A stretch of DNA of 64,000 bases, taken from contig OY769902.1 in assembly GCA_963669175.1 (NCBI GenBank), positions 4,224,001 through 4,288,000 on the forward strand, written 5' to 3'. A program made the translations under genes and the position numbers. This DNA is from a bacterium (GTDB lineage: Bacteria > Electryoneota > Electryoneia > Electryoneales > Electryoneaceae). The stretch's first letter is position 1; every line of letters begins with the position of its first letter. The notes under the pieces were generated by a model. The model saw only the letters and a program-made list of their open reading frames with translations, ran no database searches and had not been told where the DNA came from. Below, one piece after another: positions 1 to 9,105 of the stretch.

Positions 1-734
1 AGGGTGTTAAATGCGTTGCTGCCAAGAACATTCCCGATAGCCAGGTCCCCTCTTCCCCGATAGGCAGCGACACCGGACGCCGCAATTTCAGGGAGGCTGG
101 TTCCCACAGAAACGATGGCAATCCCGATAATCCAACTGCTGATACCAAAAAAGGCTGCAATCCAGATAGCGCCATTCACGAGTAGCTGCGCACCTCCCAC
201 CATCGCTCCCAGTCCGCCGAACAGGAACAGGAGCGCTATGGGCAGCGAGTATTCCGGCACATCCGTATCAACCAGTGTCCGGTTCGGCCCTTTTAAGCCG
301 CGTAGCGTATGAAATACCATCACCCCGGTGCCCAGCAGCAGAATGATACCTTCCCACCTGTGAATCTGCCGGTCCCACGCAAATACAAGCAGAAGAGCCA
401 TTACCAATAGTGCAAGAGGTGTCTCATATTTGAGTGTCGCCTTGGGGAGAAACAGCGGTTTGATCAACGCTGCAACACCCAATATCAAGGCCAGGTTCGC
501 AATATTGCTACCAACCACATTGCTTAACGCAAGGCTCGGTTCATTTTTCAAACCGGCGGTAACGGTTACCAGAAGTTCAGGAACGGAGGTGGAAAACGCC
601 ACAACAGTTGCGCCGATTACATACGGGGAGATTTTCAGGCGAGCCGCTGTTGATGCCGCACCACGGACCGTACCCTCGCCCCCAAGGAGCAACAGTATGA
701 AACCGCCGAGTATGGCGAGCAATGCGACTACCAT
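1..734 (-). CDS. Calcium/sodium antiporter (CaCA/YrbG family), runs off the window start
   Basis: Manual translation from ATG at 734: MVVALLAILGGFILLLLGGEG...IGATVVAFSTSVPEL...NVVGSNIANLALILG. A second alpha repeat (VGTSLPE...GNVLGSN) lies near 1-110. Absent from the ORF track because it is truncated. Confidence 0.9.
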   Translation of the reverse strand, partial: MVVALLAILGGFILLLLGGEGTVRGAASTAARLKISPYVIGATVVAFSTSVPELLVTVTAGLKNEPSLALSNVVGSNIANLALILGVAALIKPLFLPKATLKYETPLALLVMALLLVFAWDRQIHRWEGIILLLGTGVMVFHTLRGLKGPNRTLVDTDVPEYSLPIALLFLFGGLGAMVGGAQLLVNGAIWIAAFFGISSWIIGIAIVSVGTSLPEIAASGVAAYRGRGDLAIGNVLGSNAFNT

Positions 735-780
735 CCGAAATCCTCAGTTAAACCTGAACTGCTTTTCGAGAATATGCGCT

Positions 781-1491
781 TCACCTGATATGTTCTTCGA
801 AGAACATTCGTTCCAAATGCTGACATTTTTTCTGCTTCAGCACTTTCGTTATCCAACGGTATTCAATTTCAAGACGGTCACGTTCATCCAACCGCCAATC
901 CACATCACTCCGGTGCAGACGTGTCACCAGATCATGCAGCGTCAGCGCCACACTGACTGAGATATTGTAACTCTCCGTGAATCCATACATGGGAATCCGC
1001 ACATGTTCATCCGCGAGGTCCAGGGCGGACTCCCTGATGCCAGTCCGTTCACGCCCAAACATGATTGCCAGCGGTTGATCTACGGGAAGATCCGGCAACA
1101 GGCATGCAGACGTATGCGGTGTGGTCGCAATGATACGATAGCCCTTTTCCTTCAAATGATTCAGGCAAATCGGGGTATTATCCACGCCTTTTTCATTCCA
1201 TCGGGTTAAGTCCACCCACTTGGAGGCGCCACGAGTTACGGCAGGGTTGATGGTAAACCGGTTCTCATTTTCAATGATATTCAGTTCCTGAATGCCGAAG
1301 CAGTCGCAGGAACGTACGGTTGCACTGGCATTGTGAGTCTGATGAATATCTTCCAACACAATGGTTATGTGACGGGTGCGATTATCCAGTACTTCCTGGA
1401 ATCCACCCACTTTATGATCGGTCAGGAAACTGCCCAGGTACGCGATTAGCTCGCGCAGAGTTGACGTGTCCAGTTCTTTTTCTGAGGCCAT
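781..1491 (-). CDS. trmH: TrmH/SpoU-family RNA 2'-O-methyltransferase (tRNA Gm18 type)
   Basis: SPOUT motifs VLEDIHQTHNASATVRSCDCFG, MFGRERTG, IPMYGFTESYNISVS. Confidence 0.8.
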   Translation of the reverse strand: MASEKELDTSTLRELIAYLGSFLTDHKVGGFQEVLDNRTRHITIVLEDIHQTHNASATVRSCDCFGIQELNIIENENRFTINPAVTRGASKWVDLTRWNEKGVDNTPICLNHLKEKGYRIIATTPHTSACLLPDLPVDQPLAIMFGRERTGIRESALDLADEHVRIPMYGFTESYNISVSVALTLHDLVTRLHRSDVDWRLDERDRLEIEYRWITKVLKQKKCQHLERMFFEEHIR

Positions 1492-1699
1492 AGTGCAAGC
1501 TACGCAGGAAAGTGAAACCCGGCAAGGGAATTACTCTGTCCGGTTTAACCAGCCCGGATATTTCATGTGTACGAAGTATTCATTCCCACGAAGAGCCTGT
1601 ACAAACTGCCTCTTGACAAAATAAGCTGAAGTAATTCTAGCATATTGATATTATTAGCAATAGAATGATTTTCTTCGTTACACTCGTAAAATAATCGAG

Positions 1700-3184
1700 C
1701 TATTTCTTCTCTGGTTCAGACTCCTGAGGCGCTTCAGCTTCGCCGGTCTCTGCATGACGCTCGTACAGCTTCATCAGTTCAGAGAAAGAGAGATCCAGTC
1801 GCCACAAGCTGAAGACGCCCATAAGTGTCAGGGTCAGGTAGTTCAGGGCATGCATTGTTGTGGCAAAGATAGCTGCAATTGAGCCCGGCACACCGAAGAA
1901 GTCAAGCCCGATCATAACTGACTTGTGGTAAGTTCCCACAGCCCCCGGCGCAGATGGAATACTCATCCCCAGTGCGGAAACAACGGTAATCGCCATGCTC
2001 TGGATCAGGGCAAATCCCTGCAATTCCGGCAGGGATTCGTTCCTGGTCAGCGAGAAAGCATCCAGTACATATTCCATCGCCAGCGCATACAGAAACCAGA
2101 GGAAAAACGTGGTTAGCAAGACCTGGATCATGATCTTCCAGTCCTTTAGAACAGCCAGACCACGCAGCAGGCTGACCAGCATATCTGCAAAACGCTTGAT
2201 CATGGGACCACGGTCGGCCGTAAACGATGACAACTTCCTTTCGATCCGGTCCGGGGTGCGAGAAAGGATATACCCGACAAACAATCCGCCGATTACCCCA
2301 ACGATGAGCACCGCCCCACCGATGCGCATCCATTCCGGGAAACTATAGGTCAACAGAGATACACCGAAAATCATCCCAAGCCCCAACAGGTCGAAAACAC
2401 GATCAAGCGCGCATGTTGTCAGGGTTGCCGGGATTGGCAGATTGGCTTTTCGTGCCAGGAGAATTCCGCGAACAACTTCTCCGATGCGGAAAGGCAGGAC
2501 ATTGTTTAGAAGATAGCCTACGTTGGTAGAATAAAATACCTGGAAAAAACTTGCCCCGCCGAATGGTTCAACCAGCAATTTCCAACGCCAGGAACGAACA
2601 TACAGCGAGACAATCAGTGTCAGGAACGCCAGGAACGAAGGAAGCGGCCGAAGAATTGCCAGAGCCTCGCCCAGATCTTTCATGTTAAAGCGCGGTTTCA
2701 GCCATCCCTGCATGGCAGTAAAAGGAAATCCCTTTATCATTTTGGGATAGGCTGCCTGGATGACAATCCTGTTCCGTTTGTGGATATCCCTTGCGGAAGC
2801 GTTTTTCGGCAGTGGTCCTACTTGTTCCTGAATCTCATGCCCGTAGAAGTAAGGCAGGCTGTCCAGCGTCATGGCAACATTGGCGGCTTCAATCAGTCTT
2901 GTAACCAATGTATCATTGAGTGGTTCTTCCGGATCCCAGCGCATTAACAGGTTCTGGCCCTGCTGTGTCAACAGGTTGGCAAGCACTACATCACCCGTAC
3001 GTTTCCGGGCATGTACTGTCTCAACAAATAAAGCAGGATCTACCAACTGCTTACGATCAATCGGAAATTCTTCAGCCGAACGCCCGCGAAACCATGCGAC
3101 CGGTTGTGGTTCAAGGAATACGAAATAGATGAGAATCAGACTTATTCCGAAGCCCAGGACTTGTTGGAGAAACTTCTTGTTCAT
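1700..3184 (-). CDS. Lysylphosphatidylglycerol synthase TM / flippase-like (UPF0104) membrane protein with a soluble insertion
   Basis: RSWRWKLL, GYLLNNVLPFRIGEVVR, DRVFD and IPSAPGAVGTYH motifs; many TM segments. Confidence 0.8.
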   Translation of the reverse strand: MNKKFLQQVLGFGISLILIYFVFLEPQPVAWFRGRSAEEFPIDRKQLVDPALFVETVHARKRTGDVVLANLLTQQGQNLLMRWDPEEPLNDTLVTRLIEAANVAMTLDSLPYFYGHEIQEQVGPLPKNASARDIHKRNRIVIQAAYPKMIKGFPFTAMQGWLKPRFNMKDLGEALAILRPLPSFLAFLTLIVSLYVRSWRWKLLVEPFGGASFFQVFYSTNVGYLLNNVLPFRIGEVVRGILLARKANLPIPATLTTCALDRVFDLLGLGMIFGVSLLTYSFPEWMRIGGAVLIVGVIGGLFVGYILSRTPDRIERKLSSFTADRGPMIKRFADMLVSLLRGLAVLKDWKIMIQVLLTTFFLWFLYALAMEYVLDAFSLTRNESLPELQGFALIQSMAITVVSALGMSIPSAPGAVGTYHKSVMIGLDFFGVPGSIAAIFATTMHALNYLTLTLMGVFSLWRLDLSFSELMKLYERHAETGEAEAPQESEPEKK

Positions 3185-3187
3185 GGC

Positions 3188-3841
3188 TTATCGCAGGTCA
3201 AAGACCTGGACTCCTTCCGGTATATCTAACACGAAACGATCCGCTGGGATCGTGGGATTTAGCTGTACATCAAGGATGATGAACGTGGTACGATTGCCGG
3301 AATCATCCGTCCATTCCATACGTCGGGTAATATAGTCCTCAGCATTGACCCAGACCTTCACTTCACGAACGCCCAGTCCGGGTTGTTTCGGTTCCAGCTT
3401 CATCATGTAAGCAAGCTGACCGTCAATAACAGATTCAATGACATCACCGGCATCAAACTGCTTGGGATATTCAAACAGGAAATCCTTGGGGAGCACTCCC
3501 TGCGCCTTGTCCAGCGGCTCGATGATAACCTGTTGATTGGCGACGCTGTACCGCCACAGTGTCTTGCCGTCTGTCACCATCATCTGAATCGGTGTTTCGA
3601 ATCTGAATTTTTTATCCCCTGCGATTTCCATGGTTCCGTCCGTGGATTCCACTTCCCCTGCCAGCGCCCACTGGAACTCCTTGCGGAAGGTACAGGAGAA
3701 CGACTCCATGTCATCATACGCCTTCTGAATATTGCGAATCAGCCGACCGCTCGAAGGCGGATCAGCCGCAAGGGCAAATCCGGCCAACAGCAATCCAAGA
3801 ACCGCTGCGGACAGAATATGTGGAATCGATTTAATTCTCAT
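3188..3841 (-). CDS. lolA: Outer-membrane lipoprotein carrier LolA family
   Basis: Signal peptide; KFRFE...VTDGKTLWRY; C-terminal F..D.PEGV; conserved position downstream of ftsK. Confidence 0.85.
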   Translation of the reverse strand: MRIKSIPHILSAAVLGLLLAGFALAADPPSSGRLIRNIQKAYDDMESFSCTFRKEFQWALAGEVESTDGTMEIAGDKKFRFETPIQMMVTDGKTLWRYSVANQQVIIEPLDKAQGVLPKDFLFEYPKQFDAGDVIESVIDGQLAYMMKLEPKQPGLGVREVKVWVNAEDYITRRMEWTDDSGNRTTFIILDVQLNPTIPADRFVLDIPEGVQVFDLR

Positions 3842-6251
3842 GATTGAAAAATCCTTCCGCTTCTTCCGGACCCATCAATACTTCACGCGCTTTTGAGCCT
3901 TCAAACGGTCCGACAATACCGGCCTGTTCCAGTTGATCCAGGATACGTCCCGCACGGCTGTATCCAACCTTCAGCCTGCGTTGAATCAGGGAAACCGATC
4001 CCTGCTGATGACGAACCACCAGCTTGACCGCTTCTTCAAACAGCACATCTCTTGTGCCATCATCTATCGCGCCCGGACCGCCGCCCACATCAGAATCAGC
4101 AGGCGCCTGCAGCTTGCAGGTTTTCACAAACGCAGGCTGATTGGCAACATGGGCGATCAGTTTGTGTACTTCTTCTGTCGAGATGAACGCACCATGAATA
4201 CGAACCGGTTGCGGCGAGGCATTGGTCATGATCAGCGCATCACCTTTACCCAGCAACGCCTCTGCGCCGGGACGGTCCAGGATGGTTCGGCTGTCTATCT
4301 TTGACGCAACCATAAACGCCAGCCGTGCCGGGAAGTTCGCCTTGATCACACCGGTGATGACATCGACTGACGGACGTTGTGTCGCTACGACAAGGTGAAT
4401 GCCAACCGCACGCGCCATCTGGGCCAGCCGCGCAATCGGCTCTTCCACTTCCTTCGCCGCTGTCAGCATCAGATCAGCCAATTCATCGACAATCACAACG
4501 ATATACGGCATCTTCACCGCTTCGTTGCCATCCTCATCCGGCTTGATCTTCCCTTTCTCTACGAACTCGTTAAATTCGCCAATGTTCCTGACACCCACTT
4601 CTGCCAGGTAAGTATAACGTCGTTCCATTTCGGTTACGATGCTTTGTAACAGCGCAACAGCGTTCTTTGGTTCGGTTGCGATAACTTCGTCCGCATCTTC
4701 CACAAAGAGCAGGTGATGCTTGCGAAGTTCGGCATAGGCTGAAAGCTCAAGCTTCTTCGGGTCAACCATCGCCACCAGCACATCTTCCGGCTGGTTACGC
4801 AGCAGCAGGCTGGCGATGATCGTGTTGATGCAGACTGATTTACCGGAACCTGTCGTTCCTGCAATCAGCATATGCGGCATTTTCGCAAGATCGATACAGT
4901 AAATATCACCCTGCGCCGTGCGTCCCAACGCCATAAGCAGGTGCTTATCCGATCCACGGAATGCTTTTGAATCCACGATTTCACGCAGAAAGACAGTTCG
5001 TGAGTGATGATTTGGCACTTCAATCCCCACCGCCCCGGCCCCCGGGATCGGCGCAAGGATGCGGACTGCCGGGGCCGCCAACGCCATGGCAAGATCATCA
5101 CCAAGCGATGCGATACGCCCCACTTTCACACCAGGACCGGGCTTCAGGTCGTAGCGAGTAATGACAGGACCGGGATGAATCGCAATTACTTTGGCCACAA
5201 CACCGAACTGTTCCAGCGTCTGCTCCAGCAGGGTGGCCTGCTGACGCAACGCCTGTTCATCGACCTCGGCAGAAGCAGCCGTATATTCCGGTTCATCCAG
5301 CAATTCTACAGGTGGATACAGGTATTCCGGGCGCTCACGTTTCGCTTCGGCATTCTCCGCTGCAGCAAGAGCTGCCGGTGTTGTTGCCGCCTCCTGCTTC
5401 GCTTCATTCATCTTATCCATTACAATTTCAGCATCAGATGGCGTATCCCGTTCATCCGGTTCATGCTCGAGCGTTATGGAATCAAACTTCTCTTCCGGCT
5501 CCTCATAGTCGTAATCATCCTCTTCGTCATCATCGCCAATGGAGATGGGAGGCGCTTCATATTCTTCTTCATCATCATCATCATCATCATCATCATCCGG
5601 CGCGCGCTTGGGATTCCGCTTCTTCAGTTCCGGCTTCAGCTTCTTTCCAGCCTTGCCGATACCCCGCCCGACCTTCGCGCCTACGGCTCCACTTCGCTCC
5701 ATCACTTTTGCCCATCGGATACCGAAGAATACAGTCAGGTAAATCAGGATCGCCGCACTCAGAACCAGGATGGAGCCGGTCTTGCCGAATCCGGACAGGA
5801 TCAACTTCGCCAGCTCAGTTCCGATAAATCCGGACTGGACATAGGGATCAATATCCTCAGGTCCGGTAACGGCAAACACGCCCCAGAAGGTGGAAACAAG
5901 CAATGCGGCAAAGATGAGCGGAACACCTGTCTGCCAGGTCCACCTGAAGCCCTTGGCACGGATCAACTCAATTGCAAACACCGCCATCAGTAACGGTATG
6001 GTCAGGCTGACAATCCTACCGAATGTCGCCAGGATCAGCCCGCAGGCTAAATTCGCTCCAATAACGCCCAACCAGTTATGCGGAGGGTCCTGCATTCCCA
6101 GGAACGGATCATCAGGATGAAACGTGAGAACAGCAAGAACCTGTAATGCGGCCATTGCGAGCAGAGCAATCCCGATCACGTCACGCACACTACTGCGACG
6201 AGTTTTCGGAGCTGCCTTTTTCTTTTTCTTGCTTGCTATCTTTTTAGCCAT
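3831..6251 (-). CDS. ftsK: DNA translocase FtsK
   Basis: N-terminal 4TM region, acidic linker, PHMLIAGTTGSGKS, VIVDELADLM, ATQRPSVDVITG, gamma domain (SVSLIQRRLKVGYSRAGR). Start placed at MAKK (6251). Confidence 0.97.
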   Translation of the reverse strand: MAKKIASKKKKKAAPKTRRSSVRDVIGIALLAMAALQVLAVLTFHPDDPFLGMQDPPHNWLGVIGANLACGLILATFGRIVSLTIPLLMAVFAIELIRAKGFRWTWQTGVPLIFAALLVSTFWGVFAVTGPEDIDPYVQSGFIGTELAKLILSGFGKTGSILVLSAAILIYLTVFFGIRWAKVMERSGAVGAKVGRGIGKAGKKLKPELKKRNPKRAPDDDDDDDDDEEEYEAPPISIGDDDEEDDYDYEEPEEKFDSITLEHEPDERDTPSDAEIVMDKMNEAKQEAATTPAALAAAENAEAKRERPEYLYPPVELLDEPEYTAASAEVDEQALRQQATLLEQTLEQFGVVAKVIAIHPGPVITRYDLKPGPGVKVGRIASLGDDLAMALAAPAVRILAPIPGAGAVGIEVPNHHSRTVFLREIVDSKAFRGSDKHLLMALGRTAQGDIYCIDLAKMPHMLIAGTTGSGKSVCINTIIASLLLRNQPEDVLVAMVDPKKLELSAYAELRKHHLLFVEDADEVIATEPKNAVALLQSIVTEMERRYTYLAEVGVRNIGEFNEFVEKGKIKPDEDGNEAVKMPYIVVIVDELADLMLTAAKEVEEPIARLAQMARAVGIHLVVATQRPSVDVITGVIKANFPARLAFMVASKIDSRTILDRPGAEALLGKGDALIMTNASPQPVRIHGAFISTEEVHKLIAHVANQPAFVKTCKLQAPADSDVGGGPGAIDDGTRDVLFEEAVKLVVRHQQGSVSLIQRRLKVGYSRAGRILDQLEQAGIVGPFEGSKAREVLMGPEEAEGFFNHEN

Positions 6252-6456
6252 AACCTTATCCTTGTGCAACCGGAAAGTACCTACACGCCCTGTCGGGCGC
6301 AAGGGGAAGTTCATCGGTTGCCCGAAACCAGTGAAACAGACGACTGTCTCGTGTAAAACAAACCCTGTCTAATCCGTTAAAACGGTTCATTGGGGGTTCT
6401 CCAAAGGGAATTTGATCCTTATATTCCGGCAACTTGAGGGGTATAATCCATAGGTC

Positions 6457-7035
6457 ATGTTACGCCAGATTCCTAACATATTAACTGCGCTACGGTTTCC
6501 CCTGACTGCGGTCTTCCTGTACGGTTTCCTGCAACCGGAAGGGGAAATAGTATGGCAGATTATCGGCATTCTGAGTTTTATGCTCAGTGCGTTGACCGAT
6601 CTGCTTGACGGTATCATCGCACGAAAAATGAACTCAGTCACAAAGATCGGCGCGTTCCTTGATCCCCTGGCGGATAAAGTGCAGGTCTTATCCGGTTTTG
6701 CCGCATTGTTGCTGAAGCCGGATATCGGCTGGGGCCAGTGGAAAATCCTCATCATTATCTCTGTCTGTGTCATTGCCTTGCGTGAAATTGTCATCACCTG
6801 GTGGCGTTCTTACAAGTTTGCCAAGAGTAAACCTCCACGCACTTCGTTCCTGGCAAAAGCCAAGACCATGACGCAAATGATCACACTGATCGTTGCCATC
6901 GTTTTGCTCGGCATCGTGGAATTGCTTCATGTAAACGAAACCTTATACCTTGCGATACTGGTACTCATCGGAGGCGGTATTGTAGCGAGTGCAGTTTTAG
7001 CTGCGATGAGCGCGTATACCTATCTGAAAGACTGA
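6457..7035 (+). CDS. pgsA: CDP-alcohol phosphatidyltransferase (PgsA-like)
   Basis: PNILTALR; signature DLLDGIIARKMNSVTKIGAFLDPLADK. Confidence 0.85.
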   Translation: MLRQIPNILTALRFPLTAVFLYGFLQPEGEIVWQIIGILSFMLSALTDLLDGIIARKMNSVTKIGAFLDPLADKVQVLSGFAALLLKPDIGWGQWKILIIISVCVIALREIVITWWRSYKFAKSKPPRTSFLAKAKTMTQMITLIVAIVLLGIVELLHVNETLYLAILVLIGGGIVASAVLAAMSAYTYLKD

Positions 7036-7051
7036 CCGGAAGCGAAGCATC

Positions 7052-7519
7052 ATGCGTACTTCATTGATTCTCATCCTGTTTTCAGTCCTGTTCATCTTGA
7101 GCTGTGGAACCGAACGCAAGAAAGAAGCGACTGTTCGGGACTCCACGGCCAGCGCACAAAAAGACACCCTGATGCTCGACAATGTCCCCCCGGGAGCAGA
7201 ACCTGTCTGGGACGAGGGCATCACATTTGATGAAAACACCATGAAGGCCACGGTTGCCATTCGCAGCGCCGAACTGCACAACCTGTTTCTACGTACTGAG
7301 AAGCGATACCCTGGGTTGCACGGGAATGTCACCGCGCATTTTGTCGTAAATCCGGATGGCACGGTTGAAGATGTGACCATAAAGGATGCCAGGTGGAATG
7401 AACCTGCCGGAGACATTGTCACTGACAGCCTGGTTCTGCTGGTTGAAGAATGGACATTCCCGCCGGGAGCCGCAAAATCCATTGGCATTACCCAACCCTG
7501 GAATTTCATCCGGGAATAG
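7052..7519 (+). CDS. Lipoprotein with a TonB-C/AgmX-PglI-like C-terminal domain
   Basis: Lipobox ILSC; G.V...F.V.PDG.V.DV.I...W.FP...P..F pattern. Confidence 0.6.
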   Translation: MRTSLILILFSVLFILSCGTERKKEATVRDSTASAQKDTLMLDNVPPGAEPVWDEGITFDENTMKATVAIRSAELHNLFLRTEKRYPGLHGNVTAHFVVNPDGTVEDVTIKDARWNEPAGDIVTDSLVLLVEEWTFPPGAAKSIGITQPWNFIRE

Positions 7520-7571
7520 TAGTAGCAGAAGACTGTGCCGCGTTAAACTATAGTTGTTCCGCTATGTAAAC

Positions 7572-7781
7572 AGTCAAGGGTGTAAAGAGCCTTTGTATCG
7601 TCCCATGTGCCGTTCTGCTATTCGTGCTCGTGGCACAAGTTTTTTGTTCGCACGGAACAGCGGCGCCCTAAACTCGAATCGTTGTCAAGCAACAGAATAA
7701 CTACCAGGGTCGCGTGTTCCCAATGGCATCGGACGATTCAATCACAATCTATGCTTTACCTACCTGCCAGCAGTGCTGGGG
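7572..7781 (-). ncRNA. Putative bridge/seek RNA of IS1111-type copy 1
   Basis: 3' non-coding region identical in both copies. 7671-7678 and 7653-7661 match the two insertion flanks in opposite orientations. RNA ends unknown. Confidence 0.7.
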
Positions 7782-8843
7782 TTATACGCAGGCAGGATTG
7801 TAGTCTTGTTCTTTGACCAGCATGGCCCACAGTATCACGGCTAGTTTTCGTGCCATGGCGACGATCGCCACTTTCCGTGTTTTCCCGGCATGGATCGCAT
7901 CGTATTTCTTCTTTGCATACGGATCTTTTTGCACCCAACGCCACGCAGCTTCGACCAATAGTTTTCGTAGATGGGACGGTCCCCAGTGGGTAATGTGTCC
8001 CATATGGCGTGTGTTGGCGCTTGACCATTCACACGGCGTCAAGCCAAGATGTGCGCCGACTTGCTTACCGGATGCGAAGCGTTCGGGACGATACATCTCG
8101 GTCACGAAGGCGTTCACGGTCAGCTCGCCCACGCCTTTCACCTGGCACAGGCGCTGGGTACGGTCCCGATACGTTGCGGACGCATTCATCGCCTTGATCG
8201 CTTTGGTGATCACCTTGAGTTGCTGTTCAATGGCCTCCAGCTCATCGAGAGCAACATCAATGGCTATCCGTGTCGCAGCCAGACAATCACACGTTCGCAA
8301 CCAGCGCCGGTATTCCTTTGTCCAATAGCGTTGCGGCGGAAACGGTGACTGTAAACCGTGAAACAATAGCAGACTCTTGATTCGGTTTTTGACCCGAACG
8401 CGATCATTCATCACCTGGTCACGGGTGCGAGACAACTGACGATCCGCCTCTTCCTGTTCTGTGGGGACATGTACCCAGGTACGAGGTGGTGTCCAGAACA
8501 TGTGGGCCAAGGTAAGGGCATCCAGATGATCGGTCTTCTGCTGCTTCGCTTGCGCCCCTTTGGGAACTTGGCTGGGCGGCGCGATCTGGCAGTCAACACC
8601 TTGGCCGATCAGGTAACGACAGAGGCCAAAGCCGGTGAGGCCCGCTTCATAACACGCCCACATGCGGCAGTTGGGAAAACGGGCAAAGAAGCGTTCCCAA
8701 GCGGCTGAGTCATGCTTGATCCGATTCTCAAAGAGCACTTCACCAGTCTGGGTGTCGAGCACAACGGCGAAAGAAGTCTGCGAATCAACATCCAGACCTA
8801 TAGACAATGAACGGTCCGCTGCAATAACTTGGTTCTTCGACAT
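7782..8843 (-). CDS. IS110-family DEDD recombinase/transposase
   Basis: IGLDVD, YEAG, KTDHLDA (DEDD); GVGELT; LGLTPCEWSS; LRKLLVEAAW; AMARKL. Confidence 0.96.
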   Translation of the reverse strand: MSKNQVIAADRSLSIGLDVDSQTSFAVVLDTQTGEVLFENRIKHDSAAWERFFARFPNCRMWACYEAGLTGFGLCRYLIGQGVDCQIAPPSQVPKGAQAKQQKTDHLDALTLAHMFWTPPRTWVHVPTEQEEADRQLSRTRDQVMNDRVRVKNRIKSLLLFHGLQSPFPPQRYWTKEYRRWLRTCDCLAATRIAIDVALDELEAIEQQLKVITKAIKAMNASATYRDRTQRLCQVKGVGELTVNAFVTEMYRPERFASGKQVGAHLGLTPCEWSSANTRHMGHITHWGPSHLRKLLVEAAWRWVQKDPYAKKKYDAIHAGKTRKVAIVAMARKLAVILWAMLVKEQDYNPACV

Positions 8844-8937
8844 GGCGCTTCTCCTTGTGTTGGAAAAATGGAATACTGCTAAGATAGCAGTTCCAACACG
8901 ACTTGATGCGCCTGTCGTTTAACATAGGAACTCGAAA

Positions 8938-9099
8938 GCTATTGCTGATTCGATAGCTATTGCTGATTCGATGTCTATTGCTGATTCGATGTCTATTGCT
9001 GATTCGATAGCTATTGCTGATTCGATGTCTATTGCTGATTCGATGTCTATTGCTGATTCGATGTCTATTGCTGATTCGATAGCTATTGCTGATTCGATA
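8938..9099. repeat. Tandem repeat, 9 x 18 bp (K)CTATTGCTGATTCGAT(R)
   Basis: Directly visible; units are gctattgctgattcgata / tctattgctgattcgatg variants. Confidence 0.95.
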
Positions 9100-9105
9100 G
9101 CCATT

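Larger units (their letters stand above)
7562..8927 (-). mobile_element. IS110-family (IS1111-type) insertion sequence, copy 1, about 1366 bp
   Basis: Near-identical to 61475-62840. Imperfect terminal IRs ctatgtaaac / gtttaacatag. About 220 bp of non-coding DNA 3' of the transposase. No TSD. Exact ends uncertain by a few bp. Confidence 0.93.

Noticed and set aside
430-960. Plus-strand ORF and other long antisense ORFs (e.g. 5004-5993, 32926-33867, 42916-43806, 63387-63941)
   Set aside because: Shadow frames of well-supported genes on the opposite strand.
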